Shown here: positions 20,399 to 30,209 of the stretch, in pieces
Layout: the number at the start of each line of letters is the position of its first letter
How positions within the stretch are numbered: the first letter of the stretch is position 1
DNA from: a virus
Virus record (IMG/VR): IMGVR_UViG_3300009314_000003
Coordinates: 1-64,000 of that record
Direction: 5' to 3' (one strand)
Length of the DNA stretch: 64,000 nucleotides
Translations under genes and position numbers: made by a program
The notes under the pieces: generated by a model
Told to the model about the DNA's origin: nothing
What the model saw: only the letters and a program-made list of their open reading frames with translations
Databases searched by the model: none

Positions 20399-20445
20399 CA
20401 CTAAGAGGTGATTGATGAACCTAGATAGTAGAAGAGAGGAGGTAT

Positions 20446-20811
20446 ATGGTTATCTTCAAATGGGGAAGTGATGGAAATGTTATTTGGGTTAGAAGAGAGG
20501 AAGAGGAAAAGGAGAAGGAGAAGAGGAGTTCTATGATAGAGAATTGGTTAATTAACCTCCTGCGAGAGGAACCTGAGAATATCAGTATCAGCTTCAATCA
20601 CTCCTGGGTATGTGAGGTACGGAACGCCACAAAGGGTTTGGAGCCTTATGTATCTCGTGTTAATGGGTTCCCGGTTTTTGGCAAGGGAGGCGGGTTACTC
20701 CTGAGGTTAGAGGGTGTTATGTGTGAATACAGTAATATGGATACACTCTTCGCCTTCGAGGGAGATAATATTGTTGAGGCTGATTTAATAAGGAATTTAC
20801 AACATGGCTAG
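20446..20811 (+). CDS. hypothetical protein
   Basis: 121-aa ORF with GGAGG RBS. Confidence 0.55.
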   Translation: MVIFKWGSDGNVIWVRREEEEKEKEKRSSMIENWLINLLREEPENISISFNHSWVCEVRNATKGLEPYVSRVNGFPVFGKGGGLLLRLEGVMCEYSNMDTLFAFEGDNIVEADLIRNLQHG

Positions 20812-21061
20812 TACTTATGAGATACAGAGGGTGAAACTCATCTCCGAAGACACTATGGCCGAGTTGGAAGGTGCTATAAACGCCGAACTAGAAGATCTTC
20901 GGGTGGGTATTGGAGATGATTTGCTCTCCATCATTAATGTCCATACCCATGTGAGCCGTGTCCCCTTTGTGGATTATTCTGATAATATTGTTACAGATTC
21001 TTATATAAGCACCAAGTACATAGGTCAGATTAATTATATTGAGACCGTCGTGGTTGAATAG
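20804..21061 (+). CDS. hypothetical protein
   Basis: 85-aa ORF coupled to the upstream gene. Confidence 0.55.
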   Translation: MASTYEIQRVKLISEDTMAELEGAINAELEDLRVGIGDDLLSIINVHTHVSRVPFVDYSDNIVTDSYISTKYIGQINYIETVVVE

Positions 21062-21146
21062 TAACAACCCGGCACCAGAACATATGTGTGTGTAACATAA
21101 ATACACACATACCCACGCATAATATATATATAGGAGGATATAACTA

Positions 21147-21713
21147 TTGGAGGATAAGAACAGGACGATTGCACTTATTGGTGAGATAAACGAGACTCTG
21201 GTTCTTGAGACTATCAAGGATATGGAGGATATGTTGCGGGAGGATTCAAAGGCTCCCATCAAAGTTATGGTTAATTCCGGTGGAGGCCATTTTAATGATG
21301 GTATGGCCTTATTTGATTGCTTTACCCTGGCGGAGGCACCCATTCATACCTATGCCATTGGTACTGTATACAGCTCTGCCTTTTGTGCTTACATAGGAGG
21401 TTGCGAACGCTATGCCCTTCCTAATTCAGTGTTTCTTCTCCATCCCCCACGGTGGTCGAATGAGGTGGATAGTACTCCCACCACCATGTTTGATGTCGCA
21501 AGCTTTGCTAGGAGACAGTTTGAACATTCCACCAGGATAATGGCGGAGCGTTTAGGTATACCGGAGGATGAGTTTACTACTATAGCCCTAGCAGAATCAT
21601 TCTTTGTTGCGGATGATGCTAAGGAGATAGGCATAGTTCATAATATCCTTACCTCCTTTCCATTCTGGCAGGCAATAACTGATCCTGTGGAGAATGACAG
21701 TGAAGCAGATTAA
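21147..21713 (+). CDS. clpP: ClpP-family protease
   Basis: RTIALIGEI, VNSGGG, VYSSA (nucleophile Ser), R..LPNS..LLHP, AKEIGIV. Confidence 0.8.
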   Translation: MEDKNRTIALIGEINETLVLETIKDMEDMLREDSKAPIKVMVNSGGGHFNDGMALFDCFTLAEAPIHTYAIGTVYSSAFCAYIGGCERYALPNSVFLLHPPRWSNEVDSTPTTMFDVASFARRQFEHSTRIMAERLGIPEDEFTTIALAESFFVADDAKEIGIVHNILTSFPFWQAITDPVENDSEAD

Positions 21714-22077
21714 GCGCATTGATAGCCTTCCCAAACCCATTATGGTCTTAGCTAAATCATTCTACGAGATGGATACCTATTTCCCTACCGTGTATGAGTG
21801 CACCGATACAGAAATGAGCGCTCTTAAGGAAGAGGAGGAGATTATCTTTCAATTAATCTTCGACCGTGAGTGGCAAAAATGGTATTTGATTGGTGTAGGC
21901 GATCCGGAAAGGCAAATAGTATCAGAGTATATCTATCATGACCCACTTCGTATCAAGCGCTCTATCCTTTGCTTCCAACCCGTAGATGAAGCTTGGATAC
22001 GTGCAAGGAGGCATGAGTATGAGAAGCAGATGATCTATGAAAAGGAACGTATCTGGACCGGAGAGGGGTGGCTCTAA
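21694..22077 (+). CDS. hypothetical protein
   Basis: 127-aa ORF. Confidence 0.55.
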   Translation: MTVKQIKRIDSLPKPIMVLAKSFYEMDTYFPTVYECTDTEMSALKEEEEIIFQLIFDREWQKWYLIGVGDPERQIVSEYIYHDPLRIKRSILCFQPVDEAWIRARRHEYEKQMIYEKERIWTGEGWL

Positions 22078-22337
22078 TGTCTAAGGTAGACATAATAGAA
22101 GACGGTAAAAGGCTCTTTATAGACGGAGTTGAGGTAGAGGGGATAGTAACTGTTTCAGTAGAATATAAGGAGCACAATTCTAGTTTGTTTTCCCCATACG
22201 AAGAGCGACAGCGCGGGCAACCTAAATTGACGGTGACTTTTACACCTGATCTGATAGAGTATGAAAAAGACCTGACAGAGCACAGAGTGTCCAAACTTGG
22301 ATGGTCAACAGCAGACGCCCTGGGTATAGAGGAGTAG
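22077..22337 (+). CDS. hypothetical protein
   Basis: Start MSKVD overlaps the upstream stop. Confidence 0.5.
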   Translation: MSKVDIIEDGKRLFIDGVEVEGIVTVSVEYKEHNSSLFSPYEERQRGQPKLTVTFTPDLIEYEKDLTEHRVSKLGWSTADALGIEE

Positions 22338-22339
22338 GA

Positions 22340-23365
22340 ATGAAGCTTCTTTACCTCTCATGCCACGAGATCCTCGAATTCGATGAGGTGAGATTATTTC
22401 ATGAACTGGGCCACAATGTCTTCTCCCCGGGGGCATATGTAGAGCCTAGAAACAGAGGGGATAATCATCTCCGGCCCGATATTCCTGATCCCACCTACGA
22501 CCCCGAGGATGTGGAGGCCTGGCACGCCCTGGGCCGACCGGGGGTTGACAACAAGGAGCTCCTCACCCGGGAGTTTGTCGACCGCTTTGATGTGGTCATT
22601 GTCATGCACATACCAGATTGGGTTGCCAAGAACTGGGAGGCCATGGGCCACAAGCCAGTGGTTTGGAGGACCATTGGTCAATCCGTTAGCTCTGTGGAGC
22701 AGAGGCTTCTCCCCTACCGCCGCCAGGGGTTGAGAATTGTCCGCTACTCCCCCCGGGAGCGTACCATACCTGGCTACATAGGTGAGGATGCCCTCATCCG
22801 TTTCTACAAGGACCAGGATGAGTTCGGCGGCTACGTAGGTGAGAAGCAGCAGGTGATAACCTTCGCCCAGAGTATGAAGCAGAGGGACCAGGCCTGCAAC
22901 TTCACCCTCTTTGAGTCTGTCACCAGAGACCTCCCCCGAACTCTATATGGGCCCGGGAATGAGGAGGTTGACTTCTCCGGCGGCAAGCTCTCCTTTGAAG
23001 AGATGAAGGAAGCCCTGCAGGGCAACAGGGTCTATTTTGCTGCAGGTACAACACCCGCAAGCTATACCCTGAACTTCGTGGAAGCTTGGATGACAGCTAT
23101 TCCAGTGGTTGCTATCGGGCCCCAGTATGGCAATGCTTCCCACTTCCCTGATCACAACCTTTATGAGGTCCCCGACTTTATCAGGAGCGGAGTTAATGGA
23201 TACTGCTCAGATGACCACAAACAACTGCGGCAGTGGTGTATTGACCTACTCCAGGACCACAACCTGGCCCGCCAGATTGGTGAGGAGGGCCGGAAATCAG
23301 CCATAGAGATATTTAACAAGAGGAGGATCAAGGAAGAGTGGAAGCTGTTTCTAAAGAGCCTGTAG
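22340..23365 (+). CDS. glycosyltransferase (GT-B)
   Basis: Start MKLLYL; FVEAWMTAIPVV, DFIRSGVNGY, LARQIGEEGR. Confidence 0.8.
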   Translation: MKLLYLSCHEILEFDEVRLFHELGHNVFSPGAYVEPRNRGDNHLRPDIPDPTYDPEDVEAWHALGRPGVDNKELLTREFVDRFDVVIVMHIPDWVAKNWEAMGHKPVVWRTIGQSVSSVEQRLLPYRRQGLRIVRYSPRERTIPGYIGEDALIRFYKDQDEFGGYVGEKQQVITFAQSMKQRDQACNFTLFESVTRDLPRTLYGPGNEEVDFSGGKLSFEEMKEALQGNRVYFAAGTTPASYTLNFVEAWMTAIPVVAIGPQYGNASHFPDHNLYEVPDFIRSGVNGYCSDDHKQLRQWCIDLLQDHNLARQIGEEGRKSAIEIFNKRRIKEEWKLFLKSL

Positions 23366-23515
23366 GATGGATTTGTGATATGTGTGGCAAGTCCACCTAC
23401 CACACCGAGTATGACTACCTGGTTACTCCCCGACTCCACCTGGGCTGCTATTTGGATGATCAGATGAAGCATCCCCTGGAGAAGGCCGTGGAGGAGGTAC
23501 TGTCGGAGGACAATA

Positions 23516-24211
23516 ATGAACAGCAGTAACAATATCTCAGACTTCCTGTATGTACGCAAGGACTGGTTCACCAGAGCCTACGCCGATAAGCTGGATCACC
23601 GCTTCCCTACCATGAAGGCCGCCCTGAACCTCTTCTACCAGCGCGGGGGCGAGACGATAGTAGAGACAGGCTGCCAGCGGCTGGTGGATGACTGGGGAGC
23701 CGGTTGCTCCGCCCAGCTCTTTGCTGAGGTAATTAGGCATCACGGCGGCCAGCTACATAGTGTAGACAACGACAGGACCCATCTGGACACAGCCCGGCGG
23801 ATTGTCGGGGATCAGCAGGTTAGTTTCTATCTCCAGGACTCAGTAGCCTTCCTGATGAACTTTGGAGGGCCGATAGATCTCCTGTATCTGGATAGCTATG
23901 ACTATCCCTACTTCGAACTTCTTGATATCTATGGTGGGCGCCACAGTACTGAGGCTATAATGGCCCTGGATGGTTTAGAGGAGGAGGAGATAGTTGAGCG
24001 TCACGGGGATTTAATCATACCCTGTCAGGAGCACTGCCTAAGAGAACTTACTGCCGCCCGGGATAAGCTACACGACAGGAGTGTAATCCTAATTGATGAC
24101 AACAACTTCCCCGGGGGCGGTAAACCCCGCCTGGCCCGGGAGTATCTCAAGGATCGGGGCTGGGAGGTGATTCTGGACTATCAACAGACACTATGGACCA
24201 AGAAGCAGTAA
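23516..24211 (+). CDS. class I SAM-dependent methyltransferase
   Basis: IVETGC, HSVD, DSV, IDLLYLDS, ILIDD. Confidence 0.85.
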   Translation: MNSSNNISDFLYVRKDWFTRAYADKLDHRFPTMKAALNLFYQRGGETIVETGCQRLVDDWGAGCSAQLFAEVIRHHGGQLHSVDNDRTHLDTARRIVGDQQVSFYLQDSVAFLMNFGGPIDLLYLDSYDYPYFELLDIYGGRHSTEAIMALDGLEEEEIVERHGDLIIPCQEHCLRELTAARDKLHDRSVILIDDNNFPGGGKPRLAREYLKDRGWEVILDYQQTLWTKKQ

Positions 24212-24783
24212 AACGTGCCTTCTTAGTTGTGGGCCCTGAGTCGAGCGGTACACGCTTCCTAACCAGGCTGTTCATCGCGTGTGGTTGTTTAGGAGACGGT
24301 GGGCATTATCAGAGGCTTGATTCTTATTTCTCTATGGTCCCTGGTAGTCTTAAGGATGTTGGGGAAGAGGGTATCAGTATTGATATTGATGGTGTGGATC
24401 TGCTTGTGTGGCGGAGAAGCCTCCCCCATGGGGGGCGTGAGGAGTGGCCTGATTTAAGGCTAATGATAAAGGCCCTTAGGAGGCGTGGGTTTGAGGTGTG
24501 GGTTGTGGTTATCCTTAGAGATTGGCTGGTAACTGCGAAGTCACAGGTCCGGAGGGGTATGGCGGCGTCAGTTGATGAGGCTTTGGAAAGGATACACAGA
24601 AGTGTACTCAGTTCCTTAGAGGCGATCAAACACGAGTCTGTGGCTTGGCACGTGGTATTATATGAGTCGCTAGTTCTTCACCCCCACAGCGCCACAAGTC
24701 AGCTGTTCAAGCATTTAGATTTGACATTACCGGCCAAGTTTGAGAAACCAGTGGATATGAACCTGAAATACTATGGCAACTAA
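24193..24783 (+). CDS. sulfotransferase-family protein
   Basis: PAPS-binding-like VVGPESSGT, ILRD..V.AKS, YESLV..P. Confidence 0.75.
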   Translation: MDQEAVKRAFLVVGPESSGTRFLTRLFIACGCLGDGGHYQRLDSYFSMVPGSLKDVGEEGISIDIDGVDLLVWRRSLPHGGREEWPDLRLMIKALRRRGFEVWVVVILRDWLVTAKSQVRRGMAASVDEALERIHRSVLSSLEAIKHESVAWHVVLYESLVLHPHSATSQLFKHLDLTLPAKFEKPVDMNLKYYGN

Positions 24784-25831
24784 TAGAGTACTAGTAGATC
24801 TCCATCATGCTGACCTTTTCTATTCCCTTCAGCTCCTCTTCGAGAAGCGACTCGGTGCAGAAGTATTCAGGCCCATTGGTATGGAGTGGTATACCGAAGG
24901 GTACTGGCATGTATATCCCCACATCAATGTGGCCCGGCAGTACCTAGGTATGGATAACAGCATTATCCACAAAGACGTACACGGACAACCCTTGGACAAG
25001 TCTGCCTGGGTTAATGCGTCCTACACAACCTCGGGTGATGGAATCTACTATGTCATGGATGTTACCAAGGATAAGCTGAATAGGGGCATCACCCTGGAGG
25101 CGTTCAAGGAAACTGAGTTTGATATCATCATCTCCTCAATACCGGCCCACATTAGGCCATTCAATGAACTCATCAGGCTATACCAGCCCAGGGCCAAGCA
25201 TATCTTCCAGATAAGCAATTCCTGGACCTTCGATCCCGATGTACGGAATATCATGTCATCCGCCTCTCCCTTCCCTACTACCAAGCACGCAATCTTCTAT
25301 CACCAGGAGTTTGAGCTGGATACGTTCCACTATGAGCCGCCACAGGGCGTAGCGACTGTATCGAGCTTCATTCACTACATGCAGGAGATGGATATTCGCA
25401 ACCGCTTCGCAGCCATGCTTCCAGATTGGACTTTTCGCTCCTATGGCGCTGGAATGCCTGAGGGCAATATTTGCAAGACGGCCGAGATTGCCGATCGGAT
25501 GCGGGAGAGTGACTTCATCTGGCATGTCAAGCCAGGCGGGGACGGGTTTGGTTATAACATCCACGAGGCCTACGCCGTTGGCCGTCCTGTTATTACTCGT
25601 ATGCATCATTACAGAGGCAAGCTGGCCGAGCAGCTGCTTACCGATCAGGAGACCTGCATCGACCTTGATAGGTACACGGAGCAGGAGGTGGCCAGCCAGC
25701 TTGAGTACTATAATACCAACCCAGAAGAACACCTGGCCCTGTGTCAGAGGGCCTATGATCGCTTTGGGAAAGTGGTCGACTATGATCAGGAGTTTGAGGA
25801 GCTCAAAACCTTTATGGAGGACTTGAGATAA
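24773..25831 (+). CDS. glycosyltransferase (GT-B)
   Basis: GDGFGYNIHEAYAVGRPVI. Confidence 0.75.
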   Translation: MATNRVLVDLHHADLFYSLQLLFEKRLGAEVFRPIGMEWYTEGYWHVYPHINVARQYLGMDNSIIHKDVHGQPLDKSAWVNASYTTSGDGIYYVMDVTKDKLNRGITLEAFKETEFDIIISSIPAHIRPFNELIRLYQPRAKHIFQISNSWTFDPDVRNIMSSASPFPTTKHAIFYHQEFELDTFHYEPPQGVATVSSFIHYMQEMDIRNRFAAMLPDWTFRSYGAGMPEGNICKTAEIADRMRESDFIWHVKPGGDGFGYNIHEAYAVGRPVITRMHHYRGKLAEQLLTDQETCIDLDRYTEQEVASQLEYYNTNPEEHLALCQRAYDRFGKVVDYDQEFEELKTFMEDLR

Positions 25832-26820
25832 TGAAGAAGAGAGCGTTAATAACGGGAATCACGGGACAGGACGGCAGTTATCTTGCTGAGATCCTACTGG
25901 AGAAGAGGTACGAGGTCTTCGGCCTGGAGCGCAGGGCGTCCCGCAAGAGGCGGGACAATGTGGCCCACATAGAAGATAAGATCAACTGGCTGACCGGCGA
26001 CCTGGCGGATCAAAACTCCATCTACCGCGCCGTGCGGGAGTCCGAACCCGATGAAGTTTTCCAATTGGCTAGCCAATCATTTGTCAAGGAGAGCTGGAAC
26101 TCCCCCGAGTACACAGGTGATGTCACGGGTCTTGGGGCCCTCCGGGTCCTGGAGGCAGTACGTGAGTATGGAGAGCCGGTGAAGTTCTATCAGGCCAGCT
26201 CCTCAGAGATGTTTGGCAGGATGGTAGAGAACCCAGCCAATGAGAATACCCCCTTCTACCCCCGCTCACCCTATGGTGTAGCCAAACTCTACGCCCACTG
26301 GATTACGGTTAACTATCGTGAGAGTTATGATATGTTCAACTGCTCGGGAATACTGTTTAATCACGAAGGACCACGTCGGAGTCTGGAGTTTGTCACCCGT
26401 AAGATCACACACGGAGTGGCCAGAATAGCACTTGGCCTAGACAGTTACATTACTCTTGGTAATCTGGACGCCAAGAGGGACTGGGGGCATGCTCGGGACT
26501 ATATGATGGCGGCGTGGATGATGTTGCAACAGGAGAAGCCGATGGACTTTGTCATAGCGACAGGCGAAAACCACTCCATCAGGGACTTCCTATCTGAGGC
26601 GTTTAGGTGTGTTGGCATAACTGATTGGGAGCCGTATGTCAAGCAGGACCCGCGCTTTATGAGACCAGCCGAGGTTAATGTTCTGTGTGGTGATGCCGCA
26701 CGAGCCAGGCTCCTACTAGGCTGGGAGCCAACCGTCTCCTTCAAGGAGCTAGTGTCTGGAATGGTGGAAAATGACATAAAACAGTTGACGGAGGTTAGAA
26801 AGACGGTAAAGGAGTCATAG
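25831..26820 (+). CDS. gmd: GDP-mannose 4,6-dehydratase
   Basis: ALITGITGQDGSYLAE, FYQASSSEMFG, PRSPYGVAK, GILFNHE, LGNLDAKRDWGHA. Confidence 0.97.
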   Translation: MKKRALITGITGQDGSYLAEILLEKRYEVFGLERRASRKRRDNVAHIEDKINWLTGDLADQNSIYRAVRESEPDEVFQLASQSFVKESWNSPEYTGDVTGLGALRVLEAVREYGEPVKFYQASSSEMFGRMVENPANENTPFYPRSPYGVAKLYAHWITVNYRESYDMFNCSGILFNHEGPRRSLEFVTRKITHGVARIALGLDSYITLGNLDAKRDWGHARDYMMAAWMMLQQEKPMDFVIATGENHSIRDFLSEAFRCVGITDWEPYVKQDPRFMRPAEVNVLCGDAARARLLLGWEPTVSFKELVSGMVENDIKQLTEVRKTVKES

Positions 26821-26821
26821 G

Positions 26822-27115
26822 ATGGGTAAACCCGCAACTACTTACTTCTGTACCCAGGGCCATCTTGTCGAGGATAATCCTCATCATTGCTTTGGCCACA
26901 GGGACTTTGATGGTTGGTATAGTGGAGAGGCAGAGTCCGAGCCATGTCCTTACTGTGGGAGTGAAGTAAAGACAATGATCTGTGACTTCTGGGATGACCC
27001 GGCCCCCGTAGTTAAGACGGAAGACATTCAACAGACTGACCACCTGGGGAATACCTACTATATTCAGGTGGAAGTATATGATATGAAGGAACTGACAACA
27101 GAAGATGCATCTTAG
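26822..27115 (+). CDS. small zinc-binding protein
   Basis: CTQGH...CPYCG. Confidence 0.55.
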   Translation: MGKPATTYFCTQGHLVEDNPHHCFGHRDFDGWYSGEAESEPCPYCGSEVKTMICDFWDDPAPVVKTEDIQQTDHLGNTYYIQVEVYDMKELTTEDAS

Positions 27116-28538
27116 ATTCCAATCCTTTACAGTTGTACTATTAGTAGCGCTTGGTGTAGCCACCATCTCAGCATGGTTTACGGTAAATGGTCTTATTGCC
27201 CTATTCTCTGGGGCCATCAATTCCATTGTTGCCATGGTCATAGCCCTGGAGGTCGGCAAGATAACCATCGCCGGCTGGCTCATCCTTGGTCGTAGAACTA
27301 AACTTAAAATACCACTCCTAATTATTATGCTGGTCCTCATGGGTATAGCCGGGGTCGGGCATTTTGGCTTTCTCTCAGAGGCCTATAATAAAGAGCGCGC
27401 TGTTCAAACCAGGACCGAGGGTAAGGTAGAGCGCTTGGAGCGGCAGATTGAAATGTTGGAAGCCCGGGACACTGACCTACAAACCCTGGTAGATAGAACC
27501 CCTGAGAATTATGTTACCCGCCGGTGGCAAATATGGCAGGACATTGCCCCGGAGCAGGAAAAGATATACAAACAACTTGACAGCTTGTATATTGTAAGAG
27601 ATAACCTGGCTGAGGAGGAATTGGAGATAGAACTTTCCATTGGCCCCTACCGCCACATTGCGGCCCTCCTGGGCACAACGAAGGACAATGTAGCTCGAGG
27701 TGTTGCATTGATATTGTCTCTAATTATCGATCCGTTGGCTATACTGCTTATTATGGCAGGTAGCAGGCAGACAAAAGTAATTGTCCAATCCCCTTCCTCT
27801 TCTCTCCCATCTCCTCTCCGTTCCTCTTCTGTGAGTAAGATAAAGTCTGAAGGCGTTTTCAAACGCCTTAACATCCCCAGCCGTCGTAGGAAGGTGAATA
27901 AGGCGGCGTTAGTAGAGAAAAGAAAGGGACCAGTTAAGGATAGGGTTATTATAGCCATTGGGGGATCACTTCACCATGCCATATATAAACTGGCTGTCAT
28001 TCTAAGGTGTCGGGGTAGTGTGATTCTTCATTTACAGCACGGTCTTGAGCCTTTAGAATCTATTTGCCATAAACTCCCCAATGTACAAGAGGTAATTATA
28101 GGGTTACCAGGGGAGGCTGATATCATTCTTACAGAGGACAAAACCGTTGTAAAAGAAGGGTGGGTAGGTTCACAATATATTACCCCAGAGGAATGGTTTG
28201 GCCTCGGTAGTAGCCTTTTGTCAGATGTTTCCATAGCCCATAGTAAGAAGGTCTACTTGAACCTCGGGGACACGCCGATTGATCAGGATTTGTATGGTTT
28301 GGGTGTTCAGCTTAGTGATGAGGACGACACCCTTATGGATATGCTGATTACCGCCGCTGGATGTTACAGGCGTTGCGTTTCTGTTGGTGTTTTGAGTGCC
28401 CTACTAGAATTTACTGGTCTGGGGTATGTGGCCTGGGTTGCACAGACCGATAACAAACTTTATGGTATCTATTTACTTCCTTTAACAAAAACTCTATCAT
28501 GTAAGGAGGAATTTGTGGATGAGTTTTCTTTTATCTGA
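27105..28538 (+). CDS. multi-TM/coiled-coil protein fused to a divergent GT9-like domain
   Basis: N-terminal hydrophobic helices and a coiled coil; the C-terminal half resembles heptosyltransferase-type folds. Confidence 0.55.
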   Translation: MHLRFQSFTVVLLVALGVATISAWFTVNGLIALFSGAINSIVAMVIALEVGKITIAGWLILGRRTKLKIPLLIIMLVLMGIAGVGHFGFLSEAYNKERAVQTRTEGKVERLERQIEMLEARDTDLQTLVDRTPENYVTRRWQIWQDIAPEQEKIYKQLDSLYIVRDNLAEEELEIELSIGPYRHIAALLGTTKDNVARGVALILSLIIDPLAILLIMAGSRQTKVIVQSPSSSLPSPLRSSSVSKIKSEGVFKRLNIPSRRRKVNKAALVEKRKGPVKDRVIIAIGGSLHHAIYKLAVILRCRGSVILHLQHGLEPLESICHKLPNVQEVIIGLPGEADIILTEDKTVVKEGWVGSQYITPEEWFGLGSSLLSDVSIAHSKKVYLNLGDTPIDQDLYGLGVQLSDEDDTLMDMLITAAGCYRRCVSVGVLSALLEFTGLGYVAWVAQTDNKLYGIYLLPLTKTLSCKEEFVDEFSFI

Positions 28539-28761
28539 AGAAACAAAGGAGAAGGATATAGCAAGGGATATATTAAAGCGTTTACTGATTTATTACGAGA
28601 GGAGTACTCCTCCTCCAAAGTACTTGGCAAGACTTCCTGCCTGGATATCCTTCCGGCGGGTAGTGCCTATTATGGGTAGTGATTGTGAGTATGTCCTCGC
28701 CATCTGTAATGCGATTCGCATTCATCACCCTGATGTTGTGGAGAGAATACTAAGTGAGTAG
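28513..28761 (+). CDS. hypothetical protein
   Basis: 82-aa ORF with AAGGAGG RBS. Confidence 0.5.
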   Translation: MWMSFLLSEETKEKDIARDILKRLLIYYERSTPPPKYLARLPAWISFRRVVPIMGSDCEYVLAICNAIRIHHPDVVERILSE

Positions 28762-30208
28762 GCGCGTCTTAATATCTTCTGATTCTACCAACATACGTAC
28801 AGGGTATAGTCGTGTAGCCACAGATATAATGCAGGCCTTGCACAAAGCAGGTCATGAGGTAGCCCAGTTAGCCTGGTTCCACAGGAGCGAGAATTTATTA
28901 CATCGTCCCTGGCAAACATTTACCACTTACAAGGATCATAAGAAGTGTTGCGGACGAGGGGACTACATCAGTGAGGTATACAGAGATATGAAAGTCTCTT
29001 ATCTGCAGGTTGATAAGGAGACAGGTTATCCGCAGGCGGTGGGTAAAGACTTTCCATATTGTCCCCACGGCCAACGTTTGTCTGGTGATATATATGGTCA
29101 GATGAGCATAGATCTGGTAGTATCTATTTTTCAACCGGAGATCGTTATATCCATAGGGGATCAATGGATGTGTGCCAGTATTGAGGGGTGTATCTTTAGG
29201 GGCTCCTTCAAACATGTTATGTATGCTGCCGTTGATGGTGCTCCATTACCTCGTTACACCATCAAGAATGGTCACCGTCTTGATTGGAGGCAACTTTACC
29301 TTGATGTGGATTACCCAGTTACTATGTGTAACTGGGCCGCGGAAGAAGTCGATAAGATGGTTGATGATGGTGGAGTAGCCTGTAAAACCATTTTACATGG
29401 TGTGGATACGGATTGTTTTCATCCTTTGAGTAGTACACAAAGAACCCGCATCCGTTCAGGAAATACCCCTGGCTTTATAGAGATTGGTCGTTCCTCTGGA
29501 TCTGGTATATGGGATCGCGTAACCAATTTAGATGATGATTTTCTAGTACTTTATGTGGGCCGAAATATGTCCCGGAAGAGTATTCCCTTCCTATTTCGAA
29601 CGATAAGGCAATTTAAGGATGAGGGGTTGGAAGACAAGGACAAAGTTCGACTCCTACTACATATGCCTTACAAGGATGTAGGGTGGAATATGGATGAGCT
29701 TATTCGTATCTACGATGCTTATGATTGGGTTATGGTTAATCCACAGGTGAAGGTTGGAACAGGGCCAGATGATAAGGAACTTAATAAGGTATACAATATG
29801 GCTGATGTGAGCCTGCATATGTCATCTGCAGAAGGATTTGCCCTGACCCTGGCTGAAAGCCTTTCCGCCGGTGTTCCTACCACCGCACTTGATTATTCAG
29901 CCCCACCCTCCTGGGGCGGGGAAGTATTACAGCTTATTCGACCTATAGAAGTTATACAGGAACCTGTAACTAACCTGGGTAGGGCAGTTCCTGATATAGA
30001 TGATGCCGTAAAGACTCTAAAGCGTATTTATGATATGCCCAGGAAAGAGAGAATAGAAGTATCTAAGGCCGGCAGACGTTTTATGGTAAAGGGGTTTAAT
30101 TGGAAGGGGAGTATCACTCCTAGTTGGGTGGCTCTAGTTGACACCATTTCCCTGGATGGTATTACTCCACTGTCTTCCCAAGATATGCACAGTAACCAAA
30201 AGAGGTAA
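28754..30208 (+). CDS. GT-B (family 4-like) glycosyltransferase
   Basis: TGYSRV, HGVD..CFHP, GRNMSRK, YNMADV, AEGFALTLAE. Confidence 0.85.
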   Translation: MSRRVLISSDSTNIRTGYSRVATDIMQALHKAGHEVAQLAWFHRSENLLHRPWQTFTTYKDHKKCCGRGDYISEVYRDMKVSYLQVDKETGYPQAVGKDFPYCPHGQRLSGDIYGQMSIDLVVSIFQPEIVISIGDQWMCASIEGCIFRGSFKHVMYAAVDGAPLPRYTIKNGHRLDWRQLYLDVDYPVTMCNWAAEEVDKMVDDGGVACKTILHGVDTDCFHPLSSTQRTRIRSGNTPGFIEIGRSSGSGIWDRVTNLDDDFLVLYVGRNMSRKSIPFLFRTIRQFKDEGLEDKDKVRLLLHMPYKDVGWNMDELIRIYDAYDWVMVNPQVKVGTGPDDKELNKVYNMADVSLHMSSAEGFALTLAESLSAGVPTTALDYSAPPSWGGEVLQLIRPIEVIQEPVTNLGRAVPDIDDAVKTLKRIYDMPRKERIEVSKAGRRFMVKGFNWKGSITPSWVALVDTISLDGITPLSSQDMHSNQKR

Positions 30209-30209
30209 A

